Positions 60,603 through 64,000 of a stretch of DNA of 64,000 nt are shown in pieces. The stretch's first letter is position 1. Every line of letters begins with the position of its first letter. Source of the stretch: Candidatus Eiseniibacteriota bacterium. GTDB taxonomy: Bacteria > Eisenbacteria > RBG-16-71-46. A program made the position numbers and the translations under genes. The notes under the pieces were generated by a model. It saw only the letters and a program-made list of their open reading frames with translations. It did no database searches and was not told where the DNA came from. Location of the stretch: the NCBI GenBank assembly GCA_044223005.1, contig JBGAML010000002.1, positions 96,001 through 160,000 on the forward strand, written 5' to 3'.

Positions 60603-63380
60603 ATGCCCTCCTCGACGCCGCACGGTCCGACGCGCTTCCTCCCGGGCGCGATGATCGCGAATCGCTATCGCGTGGTCGCTCTCCTGGGCCGCGGCGGCAT
60701 GGGCGAGGTCTACCGCGCCGACGATCTCAAGCTCGGCGAACCGGTGGCGCTCAAGTTCCTCCCGGAACGCCTCGAGAACGACGAGTCGCTGCGCGAGCGG
60801 TTCCTCGGCGAAGCGCGCCTCGCGCGCGCCGTCGCGCACCCGAACGTCTGCCGCGTGTACGACATCGGCGAGATCGAGGGCCGGCTGTTCCTGTCCATGG
60901 AGTACGTGGACGGCGAGGACCTCGCCACGTTGCTGCGCCGCATCGGCCGCCTGCCGCAGGAGAAGGCGGTCCAGCTGGCCCGCCAGATGTGCGCCGGCCT
61001 GCACGCGGCGCACGAGCAGGGGATCGTGCACCGCGACCTCAAGCCGTCGAACGTCATGATCGACGGCCGTGGCCGCGCGCGCATCACCGACTTCGGGCTC
61101 GCCGCGATCGCCGAGGGCCTCGGCGGGCGCGAGGCGACCGCCGGGACGCCGGCGTACATGGCGCCCGAGCAGCTCGCGGGGCGCGAAGTCACCGTGCGCA
61201 GCGACGTGTACGCGCTCGGGCTCGTCTTCTACGAGCTCTTCACCGGCCGCGCCGCGTTCGACGCGCACTCGTGGGCCGAGCAGCTCGCGGTGAAGCAGAG
61301 CCGCACGCCCGATTCGCCGTCGCAGCTCTCGCCCGGCCTCGACCCGGTCGTCGAGCGCGTGATCCTGCGCTGCCTGCAGCCCGATCCGCGCCAGCGTCCC
61401 GCGAGCGCGGCCGAAGTCGCGTTCGCGCTCCCGGGCGGCGATCCGCTCGCGGCCGCGCTCGCCGCGGGCGAGACGCCGTCGCCCGAGATGATCGCCGAGG
61501 CCGGCGGCGCCGGCACGATGCCGCGCGTGCACGCGTGGGGCTGGCTCGCCGCGCTCGTCGTGGGACTGTTGGCGGTGATCCTCGCGATGGGCCGGATCTC
61601 GCTGCTGCAGCTCGCGCCGATCGAGAAGCCGCCCGCGGTCCTGCTCGACCGCGCGCGAGAGATCGCCACGACGCTCGGCTGGACGAATCGCCCGCGGGAC
61701 GAGTGGAGCGTCCTGGTGTACGACGGCCGGGAGGTCGCCGAACTCACGCAGCGCGCCGGCCGCGACTCCGTGCTCGAGCACGTGCGCCGCGATCCCGGCA
61801 GCGTGTTCCGGTTCGCGTACCGGCGCTCGCCGGCGCTGCTACTGCCGCTCAACGGCCTCGCGTGGTCGCCCTCGCTCGACGATCCGCCGGCCACCACGCC
61901 GGGCATGGTGTCGTTGCAGCTCGACGGCCGCGGCCGGCTGATTTCGCTCGAGGGGCGCCCGGCCGCCTACGACTCCGCGACGGGCGCGGCCGAGCCCGAC
62001 TGGGCGCGCCTGTTCGAGCTGGCCGGTCTCGACACGGCGCGGTTCCGCGCCGTCGAACCGCGGTGGACGCCGTCGGTGTACGGCGATCGCCGCGCCGCGT
62101 GGATCGGCCGCGGCGCGTCCGACACCACGATGGAGTGGCGCCTCGAGGCGGCCGCGTGGCGGGGCCGCGTGGTGTCCTTCCACCGCTACCCGGCGGCGAT
62201 GCCCGCACCGCCCGCGGAACCGGCCGGCCCGACGCTGGCGCAGGTCGCGTTCCCGTGGTTCGTGTGGATCCTGTTCCTCGGCCTGCTGGTGCTCGCCGGA
62301 TTCCGGGCGCGCCGCAACCTCCGCACCGGGCAGGCCGACGCGCGGGGCGGCCTGCGGCTCGCGACGGCCGCCGCGGTCATCGTCCTCGCGAGCGTCGCGC
62401 TGACGCTGCATCCGGAGAACGACGCGAACTTCATCGCGCGGCGCTTCCTCAACGCCATCGGGCACGCGTCGCTGCTGTTCGTCGTGCTCGGTTCGCTCTA
62501 CCTCACGCTCGAGCCGATCCTGCGGTCCACGTGGCCCGAGCTGCTCGTGTCGTGGATGCGCCTGTTGGACGGCCGCGTGCGCGATCCGCGCGTGGGCCGC
62601 GACACGATGGCGGGCCTCGTCGGCGGCGTCGGGCTCCAGCTCCTGCTCGCGCTCGGTGTGCTCGCGTGGACGGCGGTTTCGCACCGGGGCCTCGCGGTGA
62701 ACTTCCTCGAGAATCCCGGCGCCCAGACCGACGCCCTCATGGGCATCGCCCCCGCGCTCCGCGTCGGCGCGGGGGCCGCGCTCGCCGCGCTGCAGATCGG
62801 CCTGTCGGCCACGGCGTTCCTCGCGCTCTTCACGTCGCTGATGCGGCGGCGCGTGCCGGCGCTCGTGCTGACGGGCGTGCTGCTGGTGCTGCTGCAGGGC
62901 GGCTTCGACGGCGGGCTCACGGGCCTGGTCGCGATCGCCGCGTTCTCGCTCGTCTGGCTGGTGCGCTTCGGTCTCGTCGCACTCACCGTGGAGCTCGCGA
63001 CCCTGAGCCTGCTCCAGCAGTCGCCCCTCGTGCTGCCGGGAGCCTCGTGGTACTGGCCGACGACTGCCGTGGCGCTCGCCCTGATGGGCGTGCTGGCGGC
63101 GTGGAGCCTGCGCTCGATGCTGCGCGGCCGGACCGGCGCAGCGCATGCGGCCGACGTCCTCGCGGCCTCGCGCATGACCGGCTGGAGCGCGTACGTGCCC
63201 GGAACGCCGGCGCCGGCCGCGACGCCCTCGCCGCGCTCGCGAGCGAAGTCGCCGGCCGCGGCCCCGCGGCCCGAGACGCCGTCGCAGGCGCCCACGCAAC
63301 TCGCATTGCCGGCACTGTCGGAACTGCCCACGCGTCTTCCGGATGAGCCCGCACCGCCCGATCCGGGCGCGAACGACTGA
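60603..63380 (+). CDS. Hanks-type Ser/Thr protein kinase with an extracytoplasmic domain and a polytopic C-terminal membrane domain
   Basis: LGRGGMGEVY, VALK, HRDLKPSN, DFG and GTPAYMAPE, then TM, a large loop, multiple TMs and a Pro-rich tail. Alternative start 60591. Confidence 0.92.
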   Translation: MPSSTPHGPTRFLPGAMIANRYRVVALLGRGGMGEVYRADDLKLGEPVALKFLPERLENDESLRERFLGEARLARAVAHPNVCRVYDIGEIEGRLFLSMEYVDGEDLATLLRRIGRLPQEKAVQLARQMCAGLHAAHEQGIVHRDLKPSNVMIDGRGRARITDFGLAAIAEGLGGREATAGTPAYMAPEQLAGREVTVRSDVYALGLVFYELFTGRAAFDAHSWAEQLAVKQSRTPDSPSQLSPGLDPVVERVILRCLQPDPRQRPASAAEVAFALPGGDPLAAALAAGETPSPEMIAEAGGAGTMPRVHAWGWLAALVVGLLAVILAMGRISLLQLAPIEKPPAVLLDRAREIATTLGWTNRPRDEWSVLVYDGREVAELTQRAGRDSVLEHVRRDPGSVFRFAYRRSPALLLPLNGLAWSPSLDDPPATTPGMVSLQLDGRGRLISLEGRPAAYDSATGAAEPDWARLFELAGLDTARFRAVEPRWTPSVYGDRRAAWIGRGASDTTMEWRLEAAAWRGRVVSFHRYPAAMPAPPAEPAGPTLAQVAFPWFVWILFLGLLVLAGFRARRNLRTGQADARGGLRLATAAAVIVLASVALTLHPENDANFIARRFLNAIGHASLLFVVLGSLYLTLEPILRSTWPELLVSWMRLLDGRVRDPRVGRDTMAGLVGGVGLQLLLALGVLAWTAVSHRGLAVNFLENPGAQTDALMGIAPALRVGAGAALAALQIGLSATAFLALFTSLMRRRVPALVLTGVLLVLLQGGFDGGLTGLVAIAAFSLVWLVRFGLVALTVELATLSLLQQSPLVLPGASWYWPTTAVALALMGVLAAWSLRSMLRGRTGAAHAADVLAASRMTGWSAYVPGTPAPAATPSPRSRAKSPAAAPRPETPSQAPTQLALPALSELPTRLPDEPAPPDPGAND

Positions 63381-63403
63381 GACGCACCGGCGCACGGATG
63401 CGC

Positions 63404-63432
63404 GGGAATAGCGGACCCGGACCGGCGTATCT
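63404..63432 (+). promoter_or_regulatory. Putative ECF promoter GGGAATAGC-N9-CCGGCGTATCT
   Basis: Matches the motif at 58364-58392 (minus strand). Confidence 0.6.
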
Positions 63433-63513
63433 CCGTCGGCGCGCGCGGTTCGCCGGGCCCCGGCAGCCGCGTCGCGAATCCGCAACCTCCACCGAACGCC
63501 GAGGCGAGGCCGT

Positions 63514-64000
63514 ATGAGATTCCCGCGAACGCTCCTCCTGCCGCTCCTCCTGCTTGCCGTGGTCGCGACCGCGGCCGTCACGCCCGCCGTCTCCACGCGC
63601 CCGGCGCCGAAGCCCGCCGCGGTGACGCGGACCGGCGCACTCACGCCGCGCGCGCAGCGCTGGGCGAAAGTGCGCGAGGCGGTGACGAAGGGCCTGCCGA
63701 AGACCGCGCTCGCCGAACTTCCCGCCGTGCAGGCCTCCGCCGAGCGCGACCGCGCATGGGCCGAGGCCACGCGCGCGGCCGTACTGCGCATCGCGCTCGA
63801 AGCCCGCATCCAGGGCAACAAGCCCGAGGAGAAGATCACGCGGCTCCAGGCCGAGCTCGGCCGCGCGCCGGCACGCATGCGGCCCATGCTCGAGGCCGTG
63901 CTCGCGGAGTGGATGTGGCAGTACTTCCAGCAGAACCGCTGGCGCTTCATGCAGCGTTCGGCGACCACGACCGCACCGTCGGACGATTTCACCACGTGGG
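63514..64000 (+). CDS. Exported protein, probably bacterial alpha-2-macroglobulin family (3'-truncated by the window)
   Basis: Not in the ORF track because it has no stop in the window. Translation MRFPRTLLL...WAKV...GLPKTA...YFQQNRWRF...DDFTTW resembles A2M N-termini as I recall them. Confidence 0.6.
   Translation, partial: MRFPRTLLLPLLLLAVVATAAVTPAVSTRPAPKPAAVTRTGALTPRAQRWAKVREAVTKGLPKTALAELPAVQASAERDRAWAEATRAAVLRIALEARIQGNKPEEKITRLQAELGRAPARMRPMLEAVLAEWMWQYFQQNRWRFMQRSATTTAPSDDFTTW

Overview
A very GC-rich, gene-dense bacterial chromosomal segment with about 52 CDSs. I saw no rRNA, tRNA, CRISPR array or IS element. The C-terminal FlgD-like sorting domain and the gene content are compatible with Candidatus Eisenbacteria or a related lineage (inference only). 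Housekeeping content: icd, aceK, pruA, ligA, polX, glpK, glpD, ppa, an acyl-CoA dehydrogenase, two MFS transporters and many two-component proteins. Highlights: (1) a microviridin-type ATP-grasp pair (MvdC/MvdD-like) at the left edge, with no precursor peptide visible in the window. (2) An NAD-linked formate dehydrogenase whose catalytic gene is broken in the ORF track by an in-frame TGA. That TGA is a selenocysteine codon followed by an fdhF-like SECIS hairpin; the enzyme's Fe-S N-terminus is split off into a downstream gene. (3) A 1206-aa secreted protein made of five ~215-aa Cys-delimited repeats. (4) A membrane-anchored HFxKHG RNase-toxin-like gene followed by a candidate immunity gene. 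(5) A translationally coupled EVE-LigA-PolX operon and a GNAT-aceK-icd operon. (6) A CheW carrying an inserted CZB zinc domain. (7) A LytS kinase with a premature TAG, near AlgR-like LytTR direct repeats. (8) A near-identical ECF-type promoter motif shared by two distant genes for secreted proteins. All family calls come from motif recognition by eye; no database search was run.
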